From Octopus vulgaris (taxonomy: Eukaryota): a stretch of DNA of 64,000 nt. Below are positions 61,804 to 64,000 of this stretch, piece by piece. The stretch is from positions 248,001 to 312,000 of the forward strand of contig CATOCA020000002.1 of NCBI GenBank assembly GCA_951406725.2. Reading direction: 5' to 3'. Numbering within the stretch: the first letter of the stretch is position 1; each line of letters opens with the position of its first letter. The position numbers were made by a program, and so were the translations under genes. Under the pieces are notes generated by a model. It was given only the letters and a program-made list of their open reading frames with translations, was not told the origin of the DNA and searched no databases.

Positions 61804-62877
61804 CCCTTTCGTTACTATATTTCTGACCAAAATACAACCCTTATCTGTTTCAATTAATTTCTAACATAATCATAAATTTAGTCTGGTTTCATTAAACAAC
61901 TATAACTTTTTTATTTATCAATATATTAACGTGAATTTTGGAAGATAATTTAATGAAATGTTCTCAACCAATTCTATACTATAATTTTTGTCACAAAGTG
62001 ACTCTAATTGCAGGTAGATACAGGTAAATTCAACAAAATATAAAATTATAAAAATTTTGTTCAAACATCGCTATAGAAAATGGGTTATTAGCTAATATTC
62101 AATTGGGTATACAACAAAATTTTACGACAGAATTTGTTATTCTGGGTAACTTTCTGATACCCATAATAATATTTATGGCAAAATAGTCTTAATTTCATTT
62201 AAGGTTATGGGAAACCACAAAGTATCCTTTCTTTCGTTTTGTTTACTTTTAGCGTAACGGTTCATTTCCGCCGTAATGAATTCAAATAGGCTCATTCGAA
62301 AAAGTAAAAAGAAATAGTCTAAGGCTTTACTCTTCTGGGAAAGTCTGTGGTTTGGTCCAGTTTCTTCAGAAAAATCACCGTAAGAAACAGTTTTTAAATT
62401 TTCACTCCATTCAGGTGCCAATTCATTTTCTTTATCGCTGTCGGAGCTCTCGGATTCACTGTTTTCACTTTCGGAAAATGAAACATCAGATTCATTATCA
62501 AATACCACGTGCTTTTTTTTTCAGTCATAGAGTTAGATTTATGAAGGTCTTCAGTAGAAAATCCTTCGAATTCTGACTCGCTGCTTGATATAATGAAATT
62601 CGTATCCATTTTTTGTCAGAATTACAAATTTTGAAAACACAATAGGAACAAATTTCGGAAAAAAATCTCCCAAAATTCACGGAATTAAAATTACACTTCG
62701 ATTTTTGTACAAAACTGTAGTTGAACTCTTTATGAAGTATAATACGTATTTTCACGAATGTACTAAAGAGATTTGCTCTGATATTCTCCTTTAAATATGA
62801 ATAGGTAAATTCGGGCGGCTTTGGGTGGTTTGGTCACATTAACCAAATTTTTTTCGGGCGGTTTGGTAACGAAAGGG
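61804..62877 (-). mobile_element. Internally deleted piggyBac transposon
   Basis: TTAA at 61800-61803 and 62878-62881; TIR CCCTTTCGTTAC/GTAACGAAAGGG; acidic transposase N-terminus and TGP...LDYFFLLF...ITAEMNRYA...ITLNEIK at 62173-62609. Confidence 0.92.
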
Positions 62878-63557
62878 TTAATTTTCTATAAAGACTAATA
62901 CCTATTTTTTTACGTTTAAAATTCAGTTATATTATTTTCATCGACAAGCTAAGTAACGATTTTTGTTTATCAATATTATTTGGCTTTTGAATTGTATTGG
63001 GTTTGATTATTATTATTGTTGTTGTTATTGTTGTTGAAATATTATTATTTATATATATAGTTACTGGATATTTATTAGTTATGATAGTTATCAGTTATGA
63101 TATCTATTATTATTTTTATTAAGGGATTTAACATATTACATATAATTTAATTTGAGAATTAGTTTTTGTTAGACAATACATTATTTAATAATTAGGTGGT
63201 ATATTTATCATGTAATATTATATTTATGTAAATTAGTTTTTATATTAATTGATATTTTGGTCAACTATATTATTGAGTGATATATTAAATCTATAGATAC
63301 TACATATATATTAATAATATAGTTAGTTTATATAATGGGTGTGTGAATATTTGAACCATTTCCTATTTTTGATTCCAGTATTTATGGCTTGTACTAGTAT
63401 TGTGTATATTAATTAACATTAAGGTTTTTAGTATAAATTGCTTGATGGGTATTAGACTTTATTTGGATGTTTATTGAATAAATATATTAATTAATAATTT
63501 GATTTAATGTATATAGTTTAAAGGGTGGTATTTAGTTTCCACTTTATGTATATTTTG

Positions 63558-63630
<73 letters not shown>

Positions 63631-63721
63631 TAGACATTTGTTTTAAAGAATATATTTGTATTTTACAAGATTATTTACGTATATTTATTAATTAATTATT
63701 TTATTATTGTAGTTATCTTTA

Positions 63722-63820
63722 ACCTGATGAGTGGCTATATTTATATTGAAATGATTTTACAACTACTACTAATATTTTTACTATAATTATTTCAGAAATA
63801 TAGCCACAACACACGTGTCA
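63722..63820 (+). ncRNA. Decayed hammerhead motif
   Basis: CTGATGA-GTGGCTATATTT...AAATATAGCCAC-AACAC(for GAAAC)-ACGT-GTC; 12-bp helix II and palindromic helix III. Confidence 0.65.
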
Positions 63821-64000
63821 TTATTCTACCAAATATATACGTTTTATTTATTATTTTGCACATTACTTCATCATCGTTATATGTTTTATCTTATATTTAA
63901 TCTTTCTATAATATGTAATTTTCTAGATGGTATAATTTAATTTTTCATTATTGATTTGATAAAAGGTAGGTTTTTTTTTCTAATTTATATATGTGAAATT

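Overview
AT-rich, microsatellite-laden eukaryotic DNA made almost entirely of transposable elements. The repeat families (RTE LINEs with (CAT)n tails, tRNA-derived SINEs, long TA/CA tracts) suggest a cephalopod, probably Octopus; this is an inference. No host protein-coding gene can be supported, and most long ORFs in the ORF track are microsatellite translations. Contents: decayed RTE and CR1-group LINEs (one near full length, split by a 1054-bp solo LTR), several Helitrons with captured DNA, an internally deleted piggyBac, a Tc1/mariner fragment and many Penelope-like elements (PLEs, Neptune- and Naiad-type). The most notable layer is non-coding: about 20 type-I hammerhead ribozyme motifs (intact or decayed) found by eye on both strands. 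These include a non-coding array of ~352-bp units, each carrying a minimal hammerhead (24832-26002, retrozyme-like). It lies directly beside a young Neptune-type PLE (RT + GIY-YIG, 26020-31066) whose inverted pseudo-LTRs carry a variant U3-A8 hammerhead. Boundaries of decayed elements are approximate.
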